The translations under genes and the position numbers were made by a program. Under the pieces are notes generated by a model. That model was not told the origin of the DNA. It ran no database searches and worked only from the letters and a program-made list of their open reading frames with translations. A DNA stretch of 63,461 bases, the filler included. It is 6 parts of 6 records of this genome, joined end to end, with 100 filler letters (N's around TTAATTAATTAA, not from the genome) between each part and the next. Parts side by side here need not be neighbours in the genome. Positions count along the whole stretch, not along the records: positions 45,765 to 54,983 come from SRR31156797_33606; positions 55,084 to 63,461 come from SRR31156797_33610; 4 more parts are not named here. One strand, written 5' to 3'. Below, one piece after another: positions 50,457-61,983 of the stretch. Each line of letters begins with the position of its first letter. Position 1 is the stretch's first letter.

Positions 50457-50537
50457 GTCCGTTTTTTTAAACTTGACTAATCCAGCAAAAGTCCGGAAAA
50501 ATGGACTATTCAACCCAACCGGTCTGGAAAATCGGAC
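50457..50537. promoter_or_regulatory. Three GTC-N10-(G/A)AC sites, candidate enhancer-binding-protein (LurR-like) sites
   Basis: GTCCGTTTTTTTAAAC (50457-50472), GTCCGGAAAAATGGAC (50491-50506), GTCTGGAAAATCGGAC (50522-50537). Confidence 0.65.
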
Positions 50538-50797
50538 AACGCCTGATCCAGGGACCCCGTTCACCTAAATTTTCTAGATTTGGAGTGCCGCCACGCGATT
50601 TACGCCAGTCGTTGGCATAGTGCAACGGTCCCTCACAGTAGGGCTGCTGCGCTCTTTGGTTTGCCTCACCAGATCCAAGTCAATTTGATGAAGAAGAGAA
50701 AATAACGATTGTTGAATAATATGATTCACGTTAAATACACCCAGGCCATTTCTGGCGTGGTGGAGAAGATCAAAAACGGATCTACCACGCCCGGGCT

Positions 50798-51120
50798 TTA
50801 CATCGCAAGAAGCGCAACCGTAGTCCCGGCCATGACCATTGACAGGCCGATTTCTACCTTGGCAAAATCCTTGGTCCGGTATCCGCCAGCCCCATGATCA
50901 TCAGGTTGCACTGGTGGGCAAACGGGAGAAGAAAATCGCAGCTGGCACCGTATGCTATGGCCAGGAATGCCTTGCCGACGTCAGCACCGCCGGGTTCAGC
51001 CGCCGCGTAGGCAACCGGTGCCAGAATTACCGCCGCTGCCGCATTATTTGATGTGGTGCTGAGCAGGGCGGAAAAAACAAACATTAGCAGTAAAATGCCT
51101 GAGATACGGAACCATGGGAG
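50798..51120 (-). pseudogene. SLC13/TrkA-C permease C-terminal remnant with frameshift
   Basis: SNNAAAAVILAPVA...YGASCDFLLPFAHQCNLMIMG, then after a one-base shift GGYRTKDFAKV...LLAM*; no N-terminal part found. Confidence 0.8.
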
Positions 51121-51414
51121 TTACTGGGATTGAAATAAAGGTTCATCAAGTCCTTGTTCAGCCGAAAGTGCGAAACAATGACTTCATTGTTGGGCTGCTG
51201 TTAAAGTACAAAGAGCCCAAATATAACATGACATGCAGGTTAATTGATAATGTGGACCGGCACATATTCAAATTTTATCTGTGGTAAAGATGTGGTAAAG
51301 TTGATTCGTAACCAGAGGTTATCTCAAATTTTTATCCCTATGTTTTCGAACCGAATGTGTATAAGCTGACGAATCGTAAATGCCATGATAGGTAATTAAC
51401 TGCAGGAGTTTATT

Positions 51415-54400
51415 TTGGCCATAAAATCAAATTTCTATAGTGCGCAACGACCGTGTCGTTTCTCCCTGTTCGTTTTTTATTTAATTTTTCTCATGTTCCA
51501 GGTGGGTACTGCAGAAGCAAAACAAATAAGAATTGTTTATAATGCCGGTACCGCACCATTAAAATTTGTGGATAAAGGGGGACGAGCATCCGGCCTTTTA
51601 CCCGATACATGGCGGCTTTTAGGTAAAAAAGCCGGCAACGAGCCGATCTTTATAAAGGCCGAAAATTTTGGCGAATCCCTTGATATGATAAAAAACGGCC
51701 GGGCAGATATGCACGCCGGCCTTTTTAAAACACCGGAAAGAGAACAGTATCTTCGCTATTCCAATCCATTGTTCCAGGTAGATTATTTTATTTTTTCCCA
51801 TCCTTTATTGTCATCCGTCAATGCCCTGGAGGATCTGGGCGGCATCCTGGTGGGGTTAACAAAAGGGGGATATACCGAGCAGTTGTTAAGGGAAAAACTG
51901 CCGGAAAATATGCTTAGGATCTACGATACCTATGAGCAGCTTTTCAGTGCCGCAGTAAAGGGTGAGGTTAAGGCGTTTATCGCCCAGGAATTTGCGCTTT
52001 TATATTATTTGAACACTCACCAGATGGTTAATATTTTTCAGTACAAATCACAGGTGCCGTTATACACGCAAACCTATTATACGGCGGTTTCAAGGACACA
52101 TCCCGATTCAAAAGAGTTGATTGCAAGTATCAACAATACCCTTGGCAGCCTGTCCCAGGAAAAGAGACGAGCACTGCGGTATAAATGGATTCATACCCGT
52201 TCAAAGCAGATCCCTGCTGAATTTGCTGCCATACTCTCGGACGAAGAAAGAGCCTATCTATCAAAAAATGCCATCATAAAGGTGCAAAACGAAAAAGACT
52301 GGGCTCCTTTTAATTATAATGAAATGGGTACCCCAAAAGGCTTTTCCATTGATTATCTTAAACTGCTGGGGAAAAAAGCGGGAATTGATATTCGGTTTGT
52401 CAGCGGAAAATCATGGGATACCTATATAGAAATGTTGAAGAGCGGAGAGCTTGATCTTCTCTGTAACATCGTCAAAAGCCCCGAAAGGGAGCAGTTTTTA
52501 AAATTTACTTCAAGCCCCTACCTTTCCATGGCACCGATGCTTTACACAAGAAAAGGAGTGCCGTCCGTAGATAGTCTTGAGGATCTTTATGGAAAAAAAA
52601 TTGCTATGCCCAAAGGATTTTATCTCACCGACCACCTGAAAAAATATGATAAAATTCAAATCATTGAGGTTGAAAGTTCAACCGATGCCGTCATGGCCGT
52701 TTCAGGGGGAAAGGCCGATGCGACATATGAATTAATGCCGGCTGTGAATTATATCACTAAAAAACTGCAAATCACCAACCTGAAAACCGGCGGCAGCCTT
52801 GATATCAATAATGAAGGCGTCATTCCTTCATATATTGCCGCCCGGAAAGACCATCCTGTGCTGGTGGGAATTCTTGACAAGGCCATGCAGCAGGTAACAG
52901 AATCAGAAATCAGTGTGTTGCGTTCAAAGTGGTTTTTTAATAATGAAACTGGCGGTAAAGTAAATCTCAGCCTCACCAAGTCCGAGCAGGCCTGGCTTGG
53001 CAGTCATCCCAATATCCGGGTGGGTATCAACAGCAACAGGCCGCCCATGAATTATGTTGATGAGCAGGGTCGGGCCCGGGGGATCGGCGTTAAGTTTATT
53101 AAGGCCTTCAACAGGCGGCTTGGAAACCGGATTCAGATTGTGCCTGGAACATGGGAAGAGATCAGTACCGGTGCCAAAGAAAAACAGATCGACGCGCTGA
53201 TGGATATTACCCCGGACGCACATCACGAAAATTTTTTGAATGTCACTACGCCTTATGTGTCTGTTCCCCATGCCATTTTTGCACGTGATGATTCTCAACA
53301 TCTCAGGGAAATTAAAGATTTAAACGGGAGAACCCTCGGGCTGGAGAAAGATTCTGCGATCATCAATTTGATAGCAAAAAAATATCCCGATATTCGTGTT
53401 AAAGCCTATGACTCAACTGCGGATATACTTGATGCGCTGGCAAAAAAAGAGGTGGATGCTTATATCGGAAACCGGGCTGTAGCCAATTATATTATTAAAA
53501 CCGAACTCATTTCAAATATCCGCCGTCACGGCAGGATTGATGAGACATCCTCCATTAGTGCCATTGGGGTTCGGAAAGATTTGCCCGTCCTGAAGGATAT
53601 TTTACAAAAAACCCTTGATAGTATCACCATCAGTGAGCGGGAAACCATTCTTTCAAGTGAACTTTTTGTTCAGGAGAATCCTTTTTTTAAGGAAATGACC
53701 CCGGAGGAAAGATCTTGGCTTGAAACCCATGATAAAATCCGTGTTTTTGTGGGCTCCTGGCCGCCGTTTCATTCCATGGAAGATGGTGAGCCCAAGGGAC
53801 TTGCCCTTGAATATGTTAAAAAAATTTTCAAGGATATCGGCCTGGAACCTGAATTCGTTTCAACCACCTGGACAGATGCCTTTGACAATATTTCAAGATT
53901 CCGGAAAATTGATTTGCTTCCCACCATTGCCTATTCTGAAGACAGGGCCGAATCCGTAAACGTCACCGATCCCTATCTGTCTTTTCCATTTGTGATTTTT
54001 ACCCGTAAGGATGCGCCGTTTACAGGCTCATTAAAGGATTTGCACGGACGAACGGTGGCAGTGGAAAATAATTTTATTGCCCACAAACGGCTTTTAAAAG
54101 ATGCCCCCCAGATTAATTTAATAGTCGTGGATACATCAAAAGAAGCCTTGGAGGCGGTCTCCCTTGGAAAGGCGGACGGGTATATCAGCAACCTGGCAGT
54201 GGGCAGCTTTTTAATTGAGAAATACGGTTTTACCAATTTAAAGGTGGCTGGCCAGACCCGGTATAAGTCTGATATCCAGTCCATGGGGATTCGAAAAGAC
54301 TGGCCCCAGCTTACCTCAATCATAAATAAATACCTGGCCGCCATGCCGGACGAGGTGCATAAAAAAATTCGGCAAAGCGCATTATCGGTGCGGTATGAAC

Positions 54401-54983
54401 ACGGCATTGACATGGCCAAAGTTAAAAAGTTTGCGGTCCGGATCATTGGTGTTTTTGTTCTGGTTGTACTCATTTTTATTTACTGGAACAGGAGTATGGC
54501 AAAGGAGATCGAAAAAAGGAAAAAAATCCAGGTCGAACTGACGAAACTGTTCCAGGCGGTGGAACATAGTTCCGCCGTGATCATGATAACCGACAATCAG
54601 GGAACCATCGAATATGTAAACCCCAGCTTCACTAATTTGACCGGCTATAGCCCAGAAGAAGCAATGGGACAGAACCCCCGGTTCCTGAAATCTGAAAAAA
54701 CACCCCCATCCCTTCACAAGGAGCTGTGGAAAACCATTTCGTCGGGTAAAATATGGAAAGGAGAAATCCGAAACCGGATTAAAAGCGGTAGAGAAATATG
54801 GGAATCGGCGTCCATCGCCCCCGTCTTTTCCGATACCAATGAGATCACCCATTTTGTCGCAGTAAAAGAAGATATCACCAACCAGAAAAAAATGGTCCAG
54901 GAAGTGGTGGAAGCCAAGGAAAAGGCTGAAAGTGCCACCAGGGCCAAATCGGACTTTCTGGCCAACATGAGCCATGAAATCAG
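51415..54983 (+). CDS. Sensor histidine kinase with four tandem family-3 periplasmic binding domains, TM, PAS and HisKA (truncated)
   Basis: Four repeats of 'AP/PP + (F/L/M)...G...G...D/E' SBP_bac_3 units; PAS (YVNPSF..LTGYS.EE..GQNPR); KSDFLANMSHEI at contig end. Confidence 0.92.
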
Positions 54984-55083
54984 NNNNNNNNNNNNNNNNN
55001 NNNNNNNNNNNNNNNNNNNNNNNNNNNTTAATTAATTAANNNNNNNNNNNNNNNNNNNNNNNNNNNNNNNNNNNNNNNNNNNN
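54984..55083. other. Artificial contig spacer
   Basis: N44-TTAATTAATTAA-N44. Confidence 0.99.
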
Positions 55084-56919
55084 CAGGTTGGCCATTCCGC
55101 CCTTGGGTACTTCAACATCGACATAGAACATATACACCCAGGGTTTTCCTACAATAGGCCGGGATTCCAGTTTCTTCATATTCAGGCCTTCTTCGGCAAA
55201 AATACGAACACATTCAAACAAAGTTCCCGCCTTATCGGGGAGGGTAAAGATGAAGGAAGCCCTGGTCGCCTCGGCCGGCTGGGGATGCACTCCCTTCCGG
55301 GCGATGGCGAAGAACCGGGTGTAGTTGCTGGGGTTTGTCTCGATCCCCTCTTTCAGGACGGTCAGACCGTAGTAGGCCGCTGCATCGGCGTTGGCGATAG
55401 CGGCCTGGGTTTTGTCCTTCTCCCGGGCCACATAGGCAACGGAACCGGCGGTATCATAGAAGGGAACCTTCTCCATATTTTCATGTTTGTCCAGGAAGGC
55501 GGCGCATTGAGCCAGCCCCTGGGGATGGGAGTAAACCTTTTTGATGCTGTCCAGCTCTATGTCGGGGAAACCGATAAGGCTGTGTTCCACCCGGATCATC
55601 TTTTCACCGATGATCTGGATATCCGGATGCTGAATAAGGAGGTCGTAGTTCTCATGGATAGAACCGGCCAGAGAGTTCTCGATGGGAATAATCCCGTAAT
55701 CCGCTTCCCCGGTTATTACATTCCGGAAAACATCCCGAAAACTGCCGCAGCCCTGGCTCTGGGTCTGCTTTCCTTCAAAATAGCGGTTGAGGGCTTTTTC
55801 ACTGAAGGCGCCCGGTTCCCCCTGAAAGGCAACAATAACCTCTTCTGACTTTTTCTTCTCTGCCGTGGTCTTGAGCTGGATGGAACTCCGCCGCTCGGCG
55901 GGAAGGAGTTCCAGGTCTTTGCCGATAACGGGGCAGAGAGACTCGATATCCCGCATCAGCTTTTCAAACTGCTCGGGGTAGAGAGACTGGGGGCCGTCGG
56001 AGAGGGCCTCTTCCGGGTGAGGGTGAACCTCAACCATCAGTCCATCGGCACCGGCGGCTACAGCGGCCAGGGCCATGGGAGAAACCTTCCCCCGGATACC
56101 GGTAGCGTGGCTGGGATCGACAATAACAGGCAGATGACTCAGCTTCTTTACCACCGGAATGGCGGAGAGATCCAGAGTATTTCTGGTATAGGTTTCGAAG
56201 GTTCTGATCCCCCGTTCACAGAGGATGACATCTTCTGTTCCGTGGGCCATCAGATACTCGGCGGCCATCAGCCACTCTTCAATGGTAGCAGCAAGTCCAC
56301 GCTTGACGACGACCGGTTTCCCGAGGGAACCGACCTTCTTAAGAAGTTCAAAGTTCTGCATATTCCGGGCGCCTATCTGAAAAATATCGACGTAGTCGGT
56401 CATCATCTCGGCATTCTCGGAGGCTACTATTTCGGTTGTAATCAGGAGACCAAACTTGTCTCCGGCTTCCCGGAGGTACTTCAGCCCCTCTTCGCCCAGT
56501 CCCTGAAAGGAGTAGGGAGAGGTTCGGGGTTTATAGGCCCCGCCTCTAAGGGCAATGGCACCGGAATCCTTCACAGCCTGGGCGGCTTCCATGACCTGCT
56601 CCCGGGATTCAACGGCACAGGGGCCGGCGATAACGCTGATCCGGGGGCCGCCTATCCGTATACCGCCGCTGTTGACGACGGTATCGCTCTTTTTAAGCTC
56701 CCGGGAGGCGAGTTTATAGGCTTTACTGATGGGAATGACCCGGACAACACCGGGTTTAACTTCTATAAGCCGGGGGTCGATTGACAGAGAGCCTACAGCT
56801 CCGAGGATGGTTTCCTCTTCTCCGACAATCTCCCGGATCTTAAATCCTTTCTCTTCAAGAAAATCGATTAAGGATCTTTTCTCTTCATCACGAATCGTGC
56901 GTTCCAGTACAATAATCAT
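55084..56919 (-). CDS. Fused type I-beta DAHP synthase and prephenate dehydratase (ACT domain truncated)
   Basis: [31 protein letters not shown]; then [40 protein letters not shown]. Confidence 0.93.
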
Positions 56920-56929
56920 GCACTAGAAA

Positions 56930-57748
56930 CTATTTGATCCCCTTGTTTCTGTCAATAGGTACAATCAGGGGAGCAGGCTTTCCGGCAAGTTTTTGCCCCC
57001 GCACCTGATTCAGGTAAAGAGAGAATCGGCCTTCCAGCGCCTCCTGATACTCCAGGATCTTTGATATATACTCCAGGGTCATCAGGGGAGTTCCGCGGCC
57101 GGAAACCCGGGCCCTGCCGGCGTTGTACATCGCCAGAGCCACAATTTCCGTTTCACCGGCCTCCAGACACTGGCGGAGGTAATCCATCCCCAGGGCCGCA
57201 TTGACCTCGGGATCAAAAAACTCATCCTCCCGCAGTCCGGGAAAAGAGCGGCTGTTCAGCTGAAAAAGTCCGCGGTCCACGGAACTGGAGTTATGATTCA
57301 CCGCCCGGGGGTTATAACGGCTCTCCACCCAGGCAAGGGAAAAAGCCAATGAAAGTGGAATATCGTTGGCCTCGGCGGCCTCGAGAATGAGATCCGCAAT
57401 AAGATCGGAGCCCGTCTCTTCCACATAGAAATCCACAACCCTGTGCCGGAACTCGGGAAATCGATAGAGGGCAAGGCCGTAATCGGGCTCATCCTCTTCA
57501 TACCCTGCAAGAACCATATGAACTTCATCTGATTTGAAGTTCAGCCCCCCGGAAAAACCGGTCTGTTCAAAACGCTTTCGGGAGACACCTGAGGTCTCCA
57601 CCTTTTTATCTCTGCTCTCCTCCGTCCGCAATATCGTTCCTTTCGGGTATCCCATGCAGGAGGTTGCCACAAGCCCGCAAATCAGGATAATGAACAATAA
57701 AAGGGGGAGGATTTTACTATATTGTTTGATAACTGCCTCACTTAACAA
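56930..57748 (-). CDS. SLT-domain lytic transglycosylase
   Basis: WVESRYNP.AVN, GLFQLN, MYNAG motifs; N-terminal hydrophobic anchor; start uncertain. Confidence 0.88.
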   Translation of the reverse strand: MLSEAVIKQYSKILPLLLFIILICGLVATSCMGYPKGTILRTEESRDKKVETSGVSRKRFEQTGFSGGLNFKSDEVHMVLAGYEEDEPDYGLALYRFPEFRHRVVDFYVEETGSDLIADLILEAAEANDIPLSLAFSLAWVESRYNPRAVNHNSSSVDRGLFQLNSRSFPGLREDEFFDPEVNAALGMDYLRQCLEAGETEIVALAMYNAGRARVSGRGTPLMTLEYISKILEYQEALEGRFSLYLNQVRGQKLAGKPAPLIVPIDRNKGIK

Positions 57749-57885
57749 AGAATCACAACTACGGCGCTCCTTGTTACTCTGAAAAAAAGTCTGGTAGATA
57801 TCTCATTTTTCATATAAAAGATCAAGCCCCGAAGAAAGCGGACAGCCATTATCGGCATCTGAATAGAAAACTTTAGGAGAAATTG

Positions 57886-59349
57886 ATGAAAAAACAGGAA
57901 AAAGAACGAAAAGTTGGATTCGGGAACCTTGTCCTCTACGGAATGGGTGATATTTTCGGAGGAGGCGCCTTCCTGATAATCGGAATGCTCTTTCTTTTCT
58001 TCCTGACAGAGGTTGTGGGTCTCTCCCCTGCATTGGCCAGCCTGGTCTTTCTGATCGGAAAAGGCTGGGACGCGGTCTCCGACCCTCTGATGGGTTATCT
58101 CTCCGACAGAACCAGGTCCCGCTTCGGCCGAAGAAGGGTCTATTTCCTGGCAGGGATCATCCCCATTGCCCTCGCCTTTTTTATCATGTGGCTGAATGTT
58201 GAATCCACCAGTCAGGGCGTCCTTTTCGCCTACTACTCTTTTGCCTATGTCCTCTTCAGCACCGTTTTCACAATGGTCATGATCCCCTTCGCTGCCATCA
58301 ACGCAGAGATGAGCCCCGATTACAAAGTCCGCTCCAGGCTTTCCGGAGCCAGGATGATCTTCTCCGGATTTGCAGCCCTTCTTGGCGGCACCCTGCCCAG
58401 GATTATCGTGGATCGCTACCCCGGTGCCCCCGAAACCGGATATATGGTGATGGCGGCCCTCTTCGGACTCCTCTTCGCCCTGCCCTTTATCGGCGTTTTT
58501 CTCGGAACCTGGGAGCTGCCGAGGAAAGAGAACGAGGAGGAGATCTCAACAGGCGGTGCCCTTCTGGTTTTCCGCGAATTTGCCACCATCATGAAAAACC
58601 GCTCCTTCCGGATTCATATCGGCATGTATATCTTTGCCTATACGGCGATGGATATCCTGATGGCACTCTTTGCCTACTATATTACCTATTTTCTGGGCAA
58701 ACCCGGAGCCTACCCGGTGGCCATGGGAGCCCTCCTTCTGACACAGATTATTATGATGCCCGTTTATGTGACCCTGGGTAATAAAAAAGGAAAAGGCCTT
58801 GCTTTCCGCATCGGTCTCTCCATCTGGATCGTCGGCATGCTCCTCTCCTTTACCCTGACAGCAGCCTCTCCCCTGGTCTGGATAGCCGCGGTCTGCGCCT
58901 TTATGGGCATGGGCACATCGGCCGGGGTCCTCATTCCCTGGGCCATCCTCCCGTCGGTTATTGATGTGGATGAAATGATCACGGGTAAAATGCGGTCGGG
59001 AATCTACTCCGGCGCCATGACCCTGGTCCGGAAGCTGGTTCAGGGCCTGATAGCCATGCCCCTGATAGGTGTGACTCTCCAGGCTATCGGTTTTATCTCC
59101 AACCAGAACCAGAGCCCCGAAGTCCTCCAATCGATGCAAATCTTCTTCATTGTCGGCCCCTGTATCCTTCTATTTATCGCCCTTCTTTTCGGATTCCGGT
59201 TCCGGATTACCCCGAAGACCCACAAGATCCTGACCGATGAAATCGAAAGGCTGAAGGCCGGGGGATCGAAGGAGAATGCCGCCCCCGAGACCATCCGCGT
59301 CTGTGAAGAGCTGACAGGACAGGCCTACGAAAAACTCTGGGCAAAATGA
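57886..59349 (+). CDS. GPH-family MFS sugar/glycoside:cation symporter
   Basis: WDAVSDPLMGYLSDRTRSRFGRRR; AGGAGA RBS. Confidence 0.92.
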   Translation: MKKQEKERKVGFGNLVLYGMGDIFGGGAFLIIGMLFLFFLTEVVGLSPALASLVFLIGKGWDAVSDPLMGYLSDRTRSRFGRRRVYFLAGIIPIALAFFIMWLNVESTSQGVLFAYYSFAYVLFSTVFTMVMIPFAAINAEMSPDYKVRSRLSGARMIFSGFAALLGGTLPRIIVDRYPGAPETGYMVMAALFGLLFALPFIGVFLGTWELPRKENEEEISTGGALLVFREFATIMKNRSFRIHIGMYIFAYTAMDILMALFAYYITYFLGKPGAYPVAMGALLLTQIIMMPVYVTLGNKKGKGLAFRIGLSIWIVGMLLSFTLTAASPLVWIAAVCAFMGMGTSAGVLIPWAILPSVIDVDEMITGKMRSGIYSGAMTLVRKLVQGLIAMPLIGVTLQAIGFISNQNQSPEVLQSMQIFFIVGPCILLFIALLFGFRFRITPKTHKILTDEIERLKAGGSKENAAPETIRVCEELTGQAYEKLWAK

Positions 59350-60335
59350 GTATGATTTCAACTGCCTCCGGTACCGGCCCCCGCCCCTTCGCGGCCATGG
59401 GTTGCTGGAATTTCGGCGGTGATTACTGGAAAAAAGAGGGCCGGGAGGTTTACCGTAAAATCCTCCGGGCTGCCCTGGATGCGGGGATCACCCATTTCGA
59501 CACCGCCCCGGCCTACGGCAACGGCGAATCGGAACAGATCCTCGGCCAGCTTCTTAAAAAAGAACTCCTTAAAAAGGCCCCTGACACCCGGAAGCAGCTG
59601 ACAGTGAGCAGCAAGTTCTTCCCCACCCTGCCGACGAATGTGTACAAAGGGCTCAGGCGCTCCCTGGGCCGGCTGTTTCTCGATGACCTTGATATCTACT
59701 ACATCCACTGGCCCAATGAAAAGTGTGATATGGCCGGGATTATGGCCGAACTCGAAAAGGCCCGGGAAGAGGGGCTTATCCGGCACATCGGCGTGAGCAA
59801 TTTCTCGGTGGAGCAGATGGAAGAGGTCATAAAATACGGCCGGCTGGACTATTGCCAGACCGCTTACTCCCTTCTCTGGAGATACCCGGAAGAGGAAATA
59901 ATCCCCTGGTGCCGCAGTATGGGTGTGGAGGTCATCGCCTACAGTCCCCTGGCCCAGGGGCTGCTGAAGGCCCCTCACGAAGCGTCCCGGCCTCTCCTCC
60001 CCCGGGAGGACCCCCGGAGGCAGCTGGTCTTCTTCCGGGATGAACCGGAACTGGTTAGTGTCCTGAGGCAATTGGAAAACGCGGCCGTTTCTGAAGGGTT
60101 CTCCCTCCCTGAAGCGGCCCTCGGATGGCTGGCTGAAAGAGGAACTGTTAACGGCATCCTGGCCGGATTCCGCCGTCCGGAACAGGCGGTATTTCTGGCC
60201 TCTGTGGCGGATTCAGCCGCCCCGCGGCTTCCCGACGGGCTGATGGAAAACCTGGATAAAATCTCCCTGGACTACCGGCTTAAACTAAAAACCGCCAATC
60301 CCGGGGTAGAGAATATCTGGGATCACCGAAGGTAG
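59346..60335 (+). CDS. Aldo/keto reductase
   Basis: FDTAPAYG.G.SE, SK, YYIHWP, IGVSNF, AYSPLAQG. Confidence 0.92.
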   Translation: MSMISTASGTGPRPFAAMGCWNFGGDYWKKEGREVYRKILRAALDAGITHFDTAPAYGNGESEQILGQLLKKELLKKAPDTRKQLTVSSKFFPTLPTNVYKGLRRSLGRLFLDDLDIYYIHWPNEKCDMAGIMAELEKAREEGLIRHIGVSNFSVEQMEEVIKYGRLDYCQTAYSLLWRYPEEEIIPWCRSMGVEVIAYSPLAQGLLKAPHEASRPLLPREDPRRQLVFFRDEPELVSVLRQLENAAVSEGFSLPEAALGWLAERGTVNGILAGFRRPEQAVFLASVADSAAPRLPDGLMENLDKISLDYRLKLKTANPGVENIWDHRR

Positions 60336-60371
60336 TAGACGAAAAGTCTGTTTTTTCTTAAATTCATAACT

Positions 60372-61958
60372 ATGAAACTGAAATCCTTAATCCTGAGCCT
60401 GACTTTATGCCTTTCCATTCCTGCCCTCCTCTGGGCCGGAGATAACTATATCGCCCGAAAGACACTGATCGTAAGCCTGGATGCCGAGGGGGCGGAGTTC
60501 AATACCATCCAGTCCTTCTCTGCCACCGAGGCCCAGCTGTTTTCGGGTCTCTACGAGGGTCTGGTGAGCTATCACCCCTTCACCCTCGAACCGGTCCCCG
60601 GAGCAGCCGCATTCTGGGAAGTCGATGAGGAGGGTAAGGTCTACAAGTTCTTCCTCCGCCCCGATGCCCTTTACTGGAACGGCGACAGGGTGACCGCCGA
60701 GGATTTCCGGGCCTCCTGGATGATGCTCCTCGATCCCGAAGAGGCCGCCCCCTACTCCTTCCTGCTGGATCCTGTGAAGGGGGCCAAAGCCTTCAGGACA
60801 GGGGAGACCGATGATCCCGCATCCGTTGGAATATGGACCGAAGATGAATCAACCCTGGTGGTTGAACTCGACGCCCCGGCGGATCACTTTCTGAAAGTCC
60901 TCTGTCACCACGCCTTCTCGCCCCTCCATCCCGCAGTCCGCCAGATAATCAGGGACGGTGGAGAGGTGCCGGGCCTGGGGAACGGTCCCTTCTACATCTA
61001 CAGCCAGGAGGAAGGGGAAATCGTCTTTACCCGCAACGAACTTTACTGGGATGTGAAAAATGTAAATCTTGAGGAGATCCGGTTTATCTACAACGAGGAT
61101 TCCGGCCGGGAGGCCGAAATGTTCAACCAGGGAGAGATTCACTGGTCCATGGGAAATATCCTCCTCGACGGGGTGGAGAACCGACAGTCCATCGTTATTA
61201 ATCCCCTCTTTGCCACGACCTACTACTTCTTCTCTTCAAAGACCGCCCCCTTCAACGAGCCGAACATCCGCAGAGCCCTGACCCTCCTCCTGCCCTGGGA
61301 GGAGATCCGGTCCGAAGATTTTCACTACACCCCCGCCGTCACCCTGATACCCACTCTGGATCAGTACCCCGAAGCCGAAGGCATTATCAGCCCCAATGTG
61401 AAAGAAGCGTTGGAACTTCTCTCTGAAGCCGGATACCCCCAGGGCCGGGGCCTTCCCACTCTCATTATTAAACTCCCCCAGGGACTCGCCGGTTCCCGGA
61501 CCGCCGCGCTGATCAAGGAGAACTGGGGCAGTCATCTTGAGTCGGAAGTGGAATTCGAGTTCCTGCCCTCCCACCTCTACTACAACTCCCTGAAGGAGGA
61601 AGGCTACACCCTGGGAACCGTCACCTGGATTGGAGACTTTGCCGATCCCCTGACCTTCCTGCAGATGTGGGCCTCGGACTCCAACCTCAACGACGGAGGC
61701 TTCTCCGATCCGCAGTACGATGCCCTCCTTTCGGAAGCGGCCGGGCAGACGGGGTCCAAACGGCTCCTCACCCTTTCGGAAGCCGAAACTCTGCTCCTGA
61801 ACGACGGAACGGTTATGCCGATCAGTCATCAACCGGCTTTTAACGTCGTCGATCTTCTCTCGGTTCATGGATGGTACCCCAATCCCCTGGATATCCACCC
61901 CTTCAAATACATGGAGTTCAATATCCCGGAGCTGCCTGACAACGTGGTGATGCAGTAA
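60372..61958 (+). CDS. Peptide ABC transporter substrate-binding protein (OppA-like, family 5)
   Basis: LYEGLV, W.NGD.VTA.DF..SW, NGPF, WIGDFADP.TFL. Confidence 0.9.
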   Translation: MKLKSLILSLTLCLSIPALLWAGDNYIARKTLIVSLDAEGAEFNTIQSFSATEAQLFSGLYEGLVSYHPFTLEPVPGAAAFWEVDEEGKVYKFFLRPDALYWNGDRVTAEDFRASWMMLLDPEEAAPYSFLLDPVKGAKAFRTGETDDPASVGIWTEDESTLVVELDAPADHFLKVLCHHAFSPLHPAVRQIIRDGGEVPGLGNGPFYIYSQEEGEIVFTRNELYWDVKNVNLEEIRFIYNEDSGREAEMFNQGEIHWSMGNILLDGVENRQSIVINPLFATTYYFFSSKTAPFNEPNIRRALTLLLPWEEIRSEDFHYTPAVTLIPTLDQYPEAEGIISPNVKEALELLSEAGYPQGRGLPTLIIKLPQGLAGSRTAALIKENWGSHLESEVEFEFLPSHLYYNSLKEEGYTLGTVTWIGDFADPLTFLQMWASDSNLNDGGFSDPQYDALLSEAAGQTGSKRLLTLSEAETLLLNDGTVMPISHQPAFNVVDLLSVHGWYPNPLDIHPFKYMEFNIPELPDNVVMQ

Positions 61959-61983
61959 ATCTGAAAATGACAACGCTATTGAT

